Position numbers and translations under genes: made by a program. From the NCBI GenBank assembly GCA_964016885.1, contig OZ024742.1:288176001-288240000 (forward strand): DNA of 64,000 nt. Direction: 5' to 3'. Shown piece after piece: positions 13,375-27,521 of the stretch. This stretch comes from Eledone cirrhosa. Lineage: Eukaryota. The notes beneath the pieces are model-generated. The model saw only the letters and a program-made list of their open reading frames with translations, made no database searches and had not been told where the DNA came from. Every line of letters begins with the position of its first letter. Position 1 is the first letter of the stretch.

Positions 13375-13601
13375 CTCCTGCGTTTATTTTCCCATTCTTG
13401 AATGTGTGATTGTGTGGAGCCTATGAAATGAATCCTGTGAATCATAGATATTCCATTAGGTAAATCTACTGTCAGTGATACCCCAGAAAGCACCAATAAC
13501 TTCAGTATATTGAAACATCACTGCACTGTACGATCTAAATTGTTTAAGCTCTTCTGATTATCTCACAAAAACTCAGTGACTTTTCATTTATTTCCTTATG
13601 G

Positions 13602-13745
13602 CAAGGTTTCCCAAACTTTTTCAAACCCTTTTTAGTTAAGAAACTTTTGGGGGAACCCCAAAGTCTAATTCTGTTATATGGTTGTAATATATATATACTC
13701 TACCTTTTTTCACGGAACCCCAGACATTCCTTTACAGAACCACTG
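13602..13745. mobile_element. hAT-type MITE
   Basis: Ends caaggtttccc / agaaccactg; imperfect 8-bp TSD ccttatgg / ctttaagg. Confidence 0.5.
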
Positions 13746-14362
13746 CTTTAAGGTATAAAAATTGTCATTGCACTCTTTGCAACCTTGTCACTGATACTGA
13801 TTTAAAAACTTGATTACTGGCTTTTTTTTTTTTTCGTGGTGTGGTGGTGGGTGCACAACTGGCAAACACTGGTCGCAAAAATTGATGTTCATGAATTTTA
13901 AGGGTGGAAAAATATCAGGGACAATCAAAATAGCAATGTAGCATCTTGGCACCAGTGTAGTGAACCGAAACAATGTGAAATGTGTTGTATAGTTGTCATC
14001 TGTTTTCAATTTTGAGTTTTTTCTATATTCCATTCTTCTGTCTGTATAATCAATACATATTTTCATCAAATCTGAAAAGTATTACAATTGGTAGTAAAAT
14101 TTCCACTATTGTATCTCTACGTTTTAACTATCTTCTATATCTTATACTGTTTTTTTTTTTTTATTATTTCAGAATATCAGATGATATTGCAATAACAAAA
14201 GTTGTTACTTCAGATATTTCATCAATATTTATCATCTAAAGAAGGGTGTTATACAGAAGAGACAAATTTACAAAGGAGTTTGCAACATCAACAGTTGATA
14301 TAACATTAGAAATATTTGTCTGAAATAAAAGCCAACAAGATTGTGGTGAGAGAAGATAAATA

Positions 14363-16207
14363 ATGGAAAATAAATTCAAGGATTGGGATAAATGTAAATC
14401 GTCACATGAAAAGAGTGAGTTTCATGATACAATGTTGAAAGATATACAAAAAATAGCTTACCACTGTAATAGCATTAAGAGGTCATTTTCTCGAAAAGGT
14501 AACAGAACTACTCACAAACGAATTCATACAGGACAGAAACAATATCACTGTGATGTCTGTGGTAAATCATTCTATACTAGCAACGATTTAATTAGACACA
14601 AGCGAATTCATACTGGAGAGAAGCCATATGATTGTGATACCTGTGGTAAATCATTCTCTCTTAAAAATAATTTAACTAAACACAAACGCGTTCATACAGG
14701 AGAGAAACCATATCACTGTGATATCTGTGGCAAATCATTCTCTCAAAGTGGTGACTTATTAAGACATAAGCGTATTCATACAGGAGAGAGACCATATCAC
14801 TGTGACATCTGTGGTAAATCATTCTCTCTAAATAATAACTTAAATAAACACATACAAACACATACAGGAGAAAAGCCATATCACTGTGATGTATGTGGTA
14901 AATCATTCTGTGGAGGTAGTGACTTAAAAAGACACAAATGCATTCATACAGGAGAGAAACCAAATGACCATATCTATAGTAAATCATTATCCTTAAATGA
15001 TCACTTAACTAAACACAAACACATTCACACAGAAGAGAAGCCATATCATTGTGATATATGTGGTAAATTATTTACTGCAAATGGTAACTTAACTAAACAC
15101 AAACGCACTCATACAGGAGAGAAGCCATATCACTGTAACATCTGTGGTAAATCATTCTCTCAAAGAAGTACTTTAAATACTCACACTCTCATTCATACGG
15201 GAGAGAAATCATATCACTGTGATATCTGTGGTAAATCATTTACTCTAAATGATCATTTAACTAAACACAAACGTATCCATACTGGAGAGAGGCCGTATCA
15301 CTGTAGTGTATGTGGTAAATCATTTTCTCAGAGTGGTGACTTAACAAGACACAAACGCATTCATACAAGAGAGAAACCATATTACAGTTATCGTAAATTA
15401 TTCTCGATTAAAATTCGCTTCAGCAAACACAAACAAATTCATACTGAGGAGAAACCCTGTCAGTGTGATATCTGTGGTAGGTCATTCTCTAGAAGTAATG
15501 ACATAACAAGACACAGGTGCATCCGTGTAGGAGACAAACCGTATCATTGTGACATCTGTGGTAAATCATTTTCTGGAAGTAATTACTTAGCAAGGCACAA
15601 AAGCATACACACGGGAAAGAAACCATGTGAATGTGATATCTGTGGTAAATCATTCTTTCGGTATAATGATTTAACAAGACATAAACGCATTCATTCGGGT
15701 GAGAAACCATATCAGTGTAGTATTTGTGGTAGATCATTCTCTGTTAAAGGTAACTTAATTAAACATATGTATGTTCATACATTAGAGAAGTCATGTCACT
15801 GTGATATCTGTGGTAAATCATTCTCTAGGTGTACTGATTTAACAAGGCACAAACGCATTCATACTGGGGAGAAACCATATCAGTGTAGTATTTGTGGTAA
15901 ATCATTTTCTGTTAATGGTAACTTAAACAAACACAAACGTGTTCATACAATAGAAAAACCATATCACTGTGATAGTTGTGGTAAATCATTCTCTCAAAGT
16001 AATGATTTAACAAGACACAGACGTATTCATACGGGAGAGAAACCATACCACTGCAATATCTGTGGTAAATCATTCTCTGGAAATAGTAATTTAATTAAGC
16101 ATAAACGAATTCATACAGGAGAGAAGCCATATCATTGTACTATATGCGGTAAATCATTCTCTCAAAGTAGCACCTTAGCTACCCACACACTTATTCATGC
16201 AAGGTAG
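14363..16207 (+). CDS. Tandem C2H2 zinc-finger protein, 614 aa (21 finger units, 17 canonical)
   Basis: Repeated CxxC-x12-HxxxH with TGEKPY linkers; single coding exon; no recognisable KRAB, SCAN, BTB or ZAD domain; AATAAA at 16780 followed by a T-rich tract. Confidence 0.93.
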   Translation: MENKFKDWDKCKSSHEKSEFHDTMLKDIQKIAYHCNSIKRSFSRKGNRTTHKRIHTGQKQYHCDVCGKSFYTSNDLIRHKRIHTGEKPYDCDTCGKSFSLKNNLTKHKRVHTGEKPYHCDICGKSFSQSGDLLRHKRIHTGERPYHCDICGKSFSLNNNLNKHIQTHTGEKPYHCDVCGKSFCGGSDLKRHKCIHTGEKPNDHIYSKSLSLNDHLTKHKHIHTEEKPYHCDICGKLFTANGNLTKHKRTHTGEKPYHCNICGKSFSQRSTLNTHTLIHTGEKSYHCDICGKSFTLNDHLTKHKRIHTGERPYHCSVCGKSFSQSGDLTRHKRIHTREKPYYSYRKLFSIKIRFSKHKQIHTEEKPCQCDICGRSFSRSNDITRHRCIRVGDKPYHCDICGKSFSGSNYLARHKSIHTGKKPCECDICGKSFFRYNDLTRHKRIHSGEKPYQCSICGRSFSVKGNLIKHMYVHTLEKSCHCDICGKSFSRCTDLTRHKRIHTGEKPYQCSICGKSFSVNGNLNKHKRVHTIEKPYHCDSCGKSFSQSNDLTRHRRIHTGEKPYHCNICGKSFSGNSNLIKHKRIHTGEKPYHCTICGKSFSQSSTLATHTLIHAR

Positions 16208-18158
16208 AAAACCATATGATTTTAACATCAATGGTTAAGTTATTTTCTTGAGATGGTGATTTTTACAAAATATGAATATATTAATAAAAATAGGAAATAT
16301 ATATGTATATGTCTTCAATAGGAAATATATATATATATATGTCTTCAATTATTCTCTCTGGATGATCACATAACAAAAATACTTTGTCATAAGGGCTGAA
16401 GGCATGTCACTGGAATCTCATTATCTGCTAGGCGTAATTTGATTTCTCACAAACATTCATACAAGAGAAGGGCATATGATTGATATCTGTGATAAAACCT
16501 TCACCTGAAGAAGTCACCATAAACTTTGAATATGTTTTCACCATTTTGATACCAAACCACCTGGTTCCATATGCTGTTTATCTAAGTAGGGAAAGTTAAA
16601 TATATCACTAAATCTTTCCAAATTTTCAAAATTATCTTAAAATCAATAGCACTCTCTTCCATTAGAACGAAAGGATTAATATTCATTCTGTATACTGATA
16701 TGTGTTGGACATATCTGTCATATAAGGCACCACCATAGTTTATTATTCTGTGCAAATACCTTTAACAATCTGAAATTTTAATAAAGCTGGTTTATTCTGA
16801 AATTATTCTTTTTATTTTTCATTGATCCCATAACTCTTAATGGTATTATAGGGGCATCAACATAAGTTGTGTTGCTCATTTCGAGGTGAACTGGGTATAA
16901 GGGGAATCAGATGTGTGCAGAGAGAAGACTGCTGATATGAACATGTGCTACATATGGGTGAAGAATTGCCAAAAGATACCAGTGGAAGGAACAACTAAGA
17001 GATTATGAAAGCTGATATTAAATCAATGAACCTCACAGGAAATGATGAGTGGGGGGGGGGGGGAAGCTGTGGTAAAAGATCCATTCAAGAATGTATATAT
17101 ACAACAAAGTAATTTTCTTTGCTAAAGCAGGTTGTTAGCTTTGCACTCCTTTTCACCAACCCCTTGCCTTTTATTTCCTCCTCCCATCATCTTTAACCAT
17201 GATTTTCTTGTGTATAAAACAAAATTAACCCAAGGTGTGTATGTTGAGTACATATGTGAAGACACGTGGCTTATTTAATAAGGTATTTGGCTCATGATTA
17301 TTAGATAGTGCATTCAATAACTGGACTGTACGTGTTGTCTTTGAGCAGGAAACTTTATTTTTCACATTGCTCCAGTCCACTTAACACTGCTAAAAATAAG
17401 TTGTACCTGTAATTCAAGGGGCCAGCCTTATTAGGCATTGTGTCATGCTGAATTTCCCTAAGAACTATGTTAAGGATGAATGCTCAGCCACTTACCCATT
17501 AATTTTCATGAGTGGGTATGTCTATATTTATGTCAAAACTAACCTAAGGTGTATATGTTTATTATATGTGTATCATCATTGTTTAACGTTTGCTTTCTAT
17601 GCTGGCAAGAGTTTGGTGGGTCTACATAGACCAAGTTAGTACTGAATTAGGACTACTGACCTCTCCCACACAGGCAAACTGGAGTTTGCATCTCGCTTAC
17701 ATATGGTCATGTTATATTGAGTACACAAGAGGTTGTCATGTTTTTTAACACAAACTGAAGGGTCATCCCAAACTTTCTATGGCTGGATGTCCTTCCTATC
17801 ACCAACTATTTTACAGCATGTACTAGGTGCATTTACTGTTAATCACCAGCACAAGGGAGGTTGTCATGTCCTTGACATAACTGAAGGCCAGTGTTCTTTG
17901 GCTGGATGCTCTTCCTATCACTAACTACTATACAGTGAGTACTGGGTGTGTTTATCATGTAGAACAAACACTGGGTAGGTTATGTCCTTGACACTACTCA
18001 CCCTGATCCTCCATCACTACCTTCTTTCTTTTCTCCTCCACCTATTCCTTTTCAATCTACATCATCCTTCTCTCTATCTGTGCCCCCACTATCAACCCCT
18101 TCACCTTATAATCACCCATTCCAAGGAAACTATAAATACAGAAGCGACAAAAGTTGCC

Positions 18159-18217
18159 TGACTTTCCTGATGATTTCTTAAGAATGAAACAGTTCTAGTC
18201 AGTTCCTGTAGAAGTCA
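18159..18217 (+). ncRNA. Type I hammerhead ribozyme motif (compact family)
   Basis: tgact(t)tc CTGATGA tttc-ttaa-gaat GAAA cag...ctg TA gaagtca; all three stems can form; predicted cleavage after 18210. Confidence 0.75.
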
Positions 18218-19115
18218 TTTCTATAATGAAATAAAGATATATCATCATCATCCTCATGGTCGGATCCATATAGACCAAGTCAGTACTGAAGCAAAATCAC
18301 TGATCTCCCAGGCAGACCAGGGACCTGTGCGCTTATCTATCACATTCTATATAGATATATTATCCCTTTGTGGTAAATAAAGAAATCATTATTATTTACA
18401 GGGTCGATAGAATAAAGCACCAGTAATGCACTAGAATAATTGTCGGCCTTGTGCCAAAAGTAGAATCAATTATCAATATAGTAGATTGGCAGTATCAGTA
18501 GAGGCGTTGGACACCAAGCTTCATGGCATAAAGCTATGGCCCTTTGTTCTGAGTTCAAATCTTTCAAGGTTAGCTTTGCCTATCATCCAATAAAATAAAC
18601 TACCAGTGATGCACGGGTCTATTTAATCGACTTTCCTCTACTCTAAAATTTTTAGACTGGTACCTAAATCAGAAATCATTATAATTATTATAAGACCTGG
18701 TTTAAGCTTGACCATTGGGCTTACATAACTTACAATAATATCTACACTATTTTCTTAATTGTAGAGAATCTTGAAGTGAACAATAGTCTTCTTAATTAGT
18801 AACATCTTTATATTTATATATGAAGACTGGGTAGACCACTGATCAGGGTAGAGTTCAAAATGACCAGTTAGTTTGCAGGCTTGCCAAAATGGAGTGAGCT
18901 CTCCATTGGGATTATACTAATTACTCTCTCTCACTATATATATATATTATATTATTTATTTTTAAGTTCATACATGGAACAAAGGTGCTACCTAAGGTTT
19001 CAAGGCCCAATATTGACCATACCTCCAGAATATAAGAGAGGTCAAAATTGTGACCTATCTTCGGGTACTTATACAAGTTTATTGAGCACGTTTTCATAAC
19101 TATGGATATTGCTAT

Positions 19116-19146
<31 letters not shown>

Positions 19147-19539
19147 CAAAGTTGTCAGTACCATATTTTTTTTTCCCCTGGTTTGTGTATTTATTCATAA
19201 CATAATGACAGTACAGTGATATTATCCATGATTTATGAGAATATTTTTCTCAACTATTTATCCCCAATGTCATATAAATCAATAGTATCTTTTCTACATT
19301 ACAGACATAGTACAAGTATTATGAAATAATGTTTTTATTGAAAACGATAATAATAATGATCACAATAGTAAGTTATGTTACCAAGGTTAATATTGTAGTT
19401 ATATAAAATATAGTGTCGATAAGTGGCTATCACACTGTTACATTCTGTATGGGTATCTTTATCATCATCATATAAAATTCTTTTTTCATAGAATTTCTCT
19501 TTTGTATGAAGATATACATGACATTTTTAGATGATGATT

Positions 19540-21280
<1,741 letters not shown>

Positions 21281-21509
21281 CTACATTCATAAACTGTAGA
21301 TATAAACATTTAGCAAAACAATTAAAACTTTATTTTTAAACAAGAGTAATAAGTTAAGAGATCAAACTTGATATGCCAAGGAAATTTCAAACTCAATTGT
21401 TTCCACAATCTGTAAATAGAACAAACTGATTTATGCAAGGTGTACGTCATCAGGTACATTAAACTCAAAATATTATACGTGCATAAGGTGAAAGAGCATA
21501 AATAAAACT

Positions 21510-21872
21510 AGCTATTTGAAGGGAAGGGCAAAGTCGATTAAATCAATCCTACTGTGTTACCGATACTTTATTTTATCGATTCCGTATGGCAAAGGTAACC
21601 TTGGCAGGATTTGAATTCAGAACGTAAAAGGCCGTGAGTTTTTAATCAAAATCCACTAGAGGGCGGTGAATTGGCAGTATTGGTAGAGCGTCGGACAACA
21701 CACTTTGTAACATATAGTTACCCTTTACGTTCTAAGTTCAAATCCTGTTGAGGTTAGCTTTGCCTTTCATTCTTACAAGGTCGATAAAATAAAGTACCAG
21801 TAACACTTTGGGGATCGATTTAATCAACTTTCCCCTTCCATGCAAACTGCCGGACTTGTGTCCAAAGTAGAC
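21510..21872. mobile_element. Two octopus-type SINEs head-to-head (minus, then plus)
   Basis: About 21510-21640 is the reverse complement of the SINE body at about 21660-21872. Confidence 0.75.
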
Positions 21873-22706
21873 ACTTTGGTCTGGTGAAAGATATTGCATC
21901 GTTAAGGAAGTGGGGGGGAGGGGGGCTAACTGTCGAAAGAACTGCTTAGAAAATTATTCCTAAATTTATTTTAAATTGCAGGAATATATCATGCCTTAAT
22001 TAACTTTCCCATTTACAAAATAAAATGTTTTGGTATACTAATCATGTGGAACGATAGGGCCATTCGCTAAATTGCATACATTCGCTAAGTGCCATACAAC
22101 AATAAAAACTTTTTTACTTCACACACTTTGAAGCTTATATATACCTTTAAAGTTTACCTGTCAAATTATAACGGTATTTCGTTTATGAATGACAAAAAGA
22201 AAGAACAGGGCAAATTCTAAACCCTTGACTGGTTTCAGTTGCACTCCGCGGACAAGAACCTGTGACATCCACTTTATCAGCCATTCCACCTCGCAAGGCC
22301 CCTTCCCAACGGGCCACACTGAACGTAATATCTAAAAAATAAATAATATTTACAAATTTTTTATGTCATTCAATCAATACAATGTGTACAGACTGGATAT
22401 TGCTTACAAACCAGAGATATTTTATTTAATTTAAATAACAAAAGTATGGAACTGAAATTTCAAGGTAATTACAAAACAAACAAACAAAAGAAAAATATAT
22501 ACATTTTCGTGCGTGCAGAGGAAGCTGGCAGAATTCGGTGAAGACACTAAGTTGATGGGATCGGCAACGGCGGATAAGGAGGCGGGAACTGCGTTGTAGT
22601 CAAGAGACCTACAGTATTTAAAGAGCCTCAAATTATTATTATTATTATTTTGCTACTATAAGTATTATGCAAGGGCTCCATGAAATGTTTAGCCACTGGA
22701 GGTCGG

Positions 22707-23440
22707 TCATTGTTTTATGACGATATTATCCAGTCGCTGTTGCTTAAGGTATTTGTGTTTCGTTGTTTTAGCCAGCAATAACATTTCACGAAGATCCATC
22801 AACTTGACAGCATCAACTTCGTCTTGTGCTTCATACCACTCCATGAAAAGTCGCAAACCACTGATAGCTTCATTAATAAGGACTGGAGGAGATGGTGACA
22901 TTATTTGATTTTCCTTATTACCCATGGTGTCCGTACTTTCCAGTTGTTCTTCCTTGACTATGGTGATGATCTGATCATCACCGAGTGTCTCTATTCCGAT
23001 GTCATTGTCACAATTTACCCAACTATCAATCTCAGCTTCTCCGAAGTTCCCTAATCCCAACTGGCTGCAGTTCTCGGTGACTTCAGTGGCTACCTTTTCA
23101 TTTACGGCATGGTAACCAACACGCAAATCATTGTGACTGTCGATGGTTTGGTGCTGTCCCAAGAATCAGCGAGCACGAACAATGCGTCCTTCATTGAGAA
23201 TGACTCAATAATTTGTAGCAATCCTTTGTCAGCATTGTCTTCATCAACGAAGGTACGTAACATGTTTTGGCGATAATATTTTTTCATCATTGCAATGATG
23301 CCCTGGTTGAGGGGATGGAGCTTTGAAATGGTGTTCGTTGGTAAAAACAAACACTTAACAGCTCCGTCTAGTGATTCTAATTGGTTGCCTTTCATACTGT
23401 GTAATCCTGCGTTGCCGACAAGCAGAAGGGCACGTTGCTC
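22707..23440 (-). mobile_element. Pogo/Tigger (CENP-B/DDE_1-type) transposase remnant
   Basis: ALLLVGNAGLH...CLFLPTNTISKLHPLNQGIIAMMKKYYR (LLLDNAPAH / FLPPNTTS.LQPLDQGII consensus); frameshifted; C-terminal KQQRLDN tail; cut by a SINE at about 23450. Confidence 0.75.
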
Positions 23441-23449
23441 CAGTCCAAC

Positions 23450-23622
23450 ACTCGGTAGAGGGTTGGACGCCATGCTTTGCAGCAAAGAGTTACAGCCCTT
23501 TATGGTCTGAGTTCATATCCCGCCGAGGTTAACTTTGCCTTTCATCCTTACGGGTTCGATAAAATAAAGTACCAGTAATACACTGAAATATTTGCTGGCC
23601 TTGTGCCAAAAGTAGAAACAAT
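23450..23622 (+). mobile_element. Octopus-type SINE
   Basis: Same body as the other copies (cggtagagggttggacgccatgc...aaagtaccagt). Confidence 0.75.
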
Positions 23623-24020
23623 ATATATATATATATATATACAAGTGGAAGCTTAGTAAAATCGAAGCTTTGGCTGTGGGCAGGCAAAGTCGACCTACAA
23701 TATGAATGAATTAGCAAAGCACTCAATAAATTTGAATAGGTAAATATTTATATTATATTTTTTAATTTTGATTAATTTTAATTTTGATTTATTTTGAAAG
23801 ATTGGTTGAATTTTACTTGTTCTGCTTATCTTGATATTAAGTTCTGGTATATCAAATTATTACCATAGAACCACCTTGAATCATAGACAACCTATGTATT
23901 TCTGGGGGTACCTTGTACCCTTAGACATATTAACTTTATTCATATATATATATATATATATAACTGCTAATACTGGAATTGAATAATCAAAACCGTAGAG
24001 CTATGTCACATATCAAATCT

Positions 24021-24087
24021 TATATTTTGTCTGATGAAAACGTACTTAAACACCATTGTACCTTTGAAATATGTATAATAAAATATA
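24021..24087 (+). ncRNA. Minimal type I hammerhead ribozyme (Penelope pLTR type)
   Basis: 10-bp stem I tatattttgt/ataaaatata; CTGATGA; stem II aaa-c-gtac/gtac-c-ttt; GAAA tatgta TA; flanked by (TA)n. Confidence 0.8.
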
Positions 24088-24147
24088 TATTTTGATTATG
24101 AGAATATTTTTCATTTATTAACATTTTTAATAATATATATATATATA

Positions 24148-26860
24148 TCATCATCATCCTTTTACGTCCGCTTTTCCCTGCTTGCAAGGGTTGGACAGGT
24201 CCTATTCAGCACAGCATCTCTCCACTTGTCATGGTCCTTCGTCCTTTCTGTGAGTTTCAGCGATCTGAGGTCTGCTCTCACCACCTCTGCCCATGTTTTT
24301 CGTGGTCTACCGCTACTGCGTCTACCTTCTACTGGGATTTCTTGGCACTCTTTACCCACAATCATCCTCCATGCACATCACATGTCCATACTATCTCAGT
24401 CTTCTCTCCTGCACACCAAAACTTACCCCTCTTATACATAGTTTCTTTCTCAACTCGTCTATGCTTGGTCATTCACGCACATTGACATTGCACACCCACT
24501 GGAGCATGCTTGCTTCATTTCTCTCCAGCCGTCACATATCCTCTGTAGTTGCTGCCCATGTCTCACTACCATGCAGCATCGCACATCTCACACAGGAATC
24601 ATATAACCATCCTTTCGTATGCAGGGAGAAACCCTTCTTTGTCAACAGAGGAAGCAGCTCCCTAAACTTCTTCCAACCCGTCCTTATTCTAGATATTATG
24701 GCATCGGAACACCCTCCTCCCATGCTAATCTGATCACCTATATACCGGAAGCTATCAACCACTTCTATAGAACCCACCTGCATTGGAAAAAATATGTCTA
24801 TCACTGCGATTACTATTGCCAACTTTCCCTGTACATCTACTGCATACATAGTTTTCCCTACCTGTTAGTTTGCCTGCTATCCCACTACATCTCTATGGAA
24901 TTTATGCCAGTTCCTTTCCTACATATCAAACATGGCCATTTCCCTGATGGAATCAGAGTATTGTCCTCTCTTCTACTTATCAACACTTTTGTCTTAGCTA
25001 TGTTCACCCTCAGCCCTCATGATTCCAACTGGTGTTTCCATAGCCAGAATTTATTCTCTAGCTCCTCTACTGATTCTGCTATAAGAACCTGATAATCAGC
25101 ATAGAGAAGTTCCCATGGGCATCCAGTCTTAAACTCCTCTGTTATGGCTTGGAGGATTAAATGAACAAGAGTGGGCTGAGGACCGAACCCTGATGCACAC
25201 CCACTTGTATCTGAAACTCCTCACCAAACTCCATTCCCACTCTCACCCTACTGACAGCACCCCTGTACACAGCCTGCATTGTCCTCACAAGCCATTCCTC
25301 TACACCTAGTTTCCTTAGGGACCACCAGATGACAGATCAGGGTACCCTATCAAAGGCCTTCTGTAGGTCAACAAAAGCTAAGTGGCTTATTCTTTTTCAA
25401 GAACTTCTCTTGTAATTGTCTCACCAAGAAGAGGACATCTGTTGTATTTTTCCGAGGCACAAAATCAAATTGCATCTCATCTAATTTGACCCTTTCTCTA
25501 ATCAGTTGCACTAATATTCTCTCTGCCACCCTCAAAACCTGATCCATCAGCTCCATGCCCCCACAATTGCTCCTCTCCAGAGCATGCCCTTTACCTTTGT
25601 AGCAATTTATGAGAATACTGCTGCACCAGTCTTTGGGTATGACACCACCACAAACAGCTTGATTGACGATGCGTGCAACCAGTTTAGTGCACACCTCTCC
25701 TGATGCCCCCAGTATCCCAGCAACCATCTCCGATGGTCCAGCAGCCCCACCATTCCCCACTTCCTCAATTGCCTCCTGTACCCCATATTCGTCAATTTCA
25801 ATAGCTGGTCCCTCTGTCAGGTCCACTAGGTGTAATTTCTCTCTCTCCCATTCATTCTCCACATTCATCAGTCTTTCACAATGACATCCCCAGGCCTATT
25901 TTTTTTAATCATTCGTGACACCAAGTACACCAGCATCATTCCGGACACACCCATCTCCAACAACATCCTGACCTGCACTGACACAATACCCTGCAATGCG
26001 GAACACTGCACTTCTCCGATCCCCCCGCCGCAGAACATCGGCAAACCCCCACCCTCAGTCTCCCTGCGTGCCAAGTAAACCTGACGTCCAGCTTCTCTCT
26101 TAGCGGCTGTGTATCCTTCTCCACTCGCTGTCTAACTAGCAGGAAGTCAATCTGATCCATGTGCTTTCCTGATTTGTAGGTCATTAGGTGGTTGGTAGGC
26201 TTCTGGAAGTCAGTGCTGCAAATGGATAGTGCATTTGCATCACAAAATTCAAAAAGCCCCACTCCTTCATTTCTTGAGCAGTAACCATGCCCACCACATA
26301 GCCCAGTGTATCCATCCTGGAGCTGTCCAACATGACCATTGAAGTCTCCTACTAGCATAACGATGTCTCTGTCCTCTGTCATTGAGGCTGTTTGTAAAAG
26401 TTGCTCGCAAAAGCAGTTCTCTCCTCCACCTAGGCCTGCCTGGCGAGCATAGGCAGAGATGATTGTCAGTAGTCTCTTGCCTACAACTAATCTAAGCTTA
26501 ATTATTCTATTACTAACTCTAACTACCTCTATTGTCTTATTGATCCATCTCAGCCAGTAATATGCCCACCCCACCAAACCCATCATCATTACCCACCCAG
26601 AAAAGCTTATAACTACGATGTTTGCCTGTGATTAGTCTTGCAGAGGCACCTCTTACACACAGCACACATCCACATGCCTTCTCTCCAGCATCTCCGTTAT
26701 CTCACCAGATCTACCTGTTAAAGTGCCAACATTAAATGTGGCAACTCTGAGATGCGACGTCTCGTTCTTTTTCCTGTTGTGCGATTGCTTGATGACGGTT
26801 GTGGGGTTTTCACACATGGCCTCAGTAGCCACCCCACTACCGTGCGCAGCCCTAACATGG
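24148..26860 (-). mobile_element. Near full-length degraded RTE LINE (APE endonuclease + RT)
   Basis: ISAYARQ, GDFNGHVG, DQIDF endonuclease motifs; QFDFVP, VGVHQGS, YADY RT remnants; GRPRKTW C-terminus; (GAT)n tail at 24148-24158. Confidence 0.9.
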
Positions 26861-27521
26861 TTAGTGTTATTTCTGTTTACGCAGTTGTTGTTATAATATA
26901 TATATATTATTATTATTATTTAGTCATAACTAATTAAGTGTTGTAGTTAACTGAAGAGATTGTTCATTAACCAGAAGAAGAAGAAAATAGAGATATCTTG
27001 TAAGAAGTCGTTGAAAGTTCTGCTCAGTCTATCAATTTCCTCATCAATTTCAAGTGCCATCACTTCAGTACATCTCTCATATGGCCCTTTAAGTTCTGAG
27101 TTCAAATCCTGCTGGAGTTAGCTTTGTCTTTCATCCTTACAGGATCGATAAAATAAAGTACCAGTAATGCAGGCCTTGTGCCAAATGTAGAAACACTTAT
27201 TTCATATTTTAGGTATAATTACATCTTTACGAAGATGCCTCACATTCATTCACCTACGGTGAACATAGCCTTGGCCAGGAGGTGTTGATGTCTTCAGACG
27301 GTATCCAACATTTCGACCCTCAACCGTAACATCCTCTCGCTGGTGGGTCAGCAGTGGTGGCCAAGTTACTGCTAATCTTCGCCTCCTTGCTTCTAACTTA
27401 TCACCTCTCTCGTGTTCCAAAACCAACAAGAATCCCTTTCTGCTGCCTCCCCCATCCTGCGAACTGCAGCCGTCTTCCCTCTTCCTATCATTCTAATAGC
27501 AGTGAACAATCTCCATACTGA

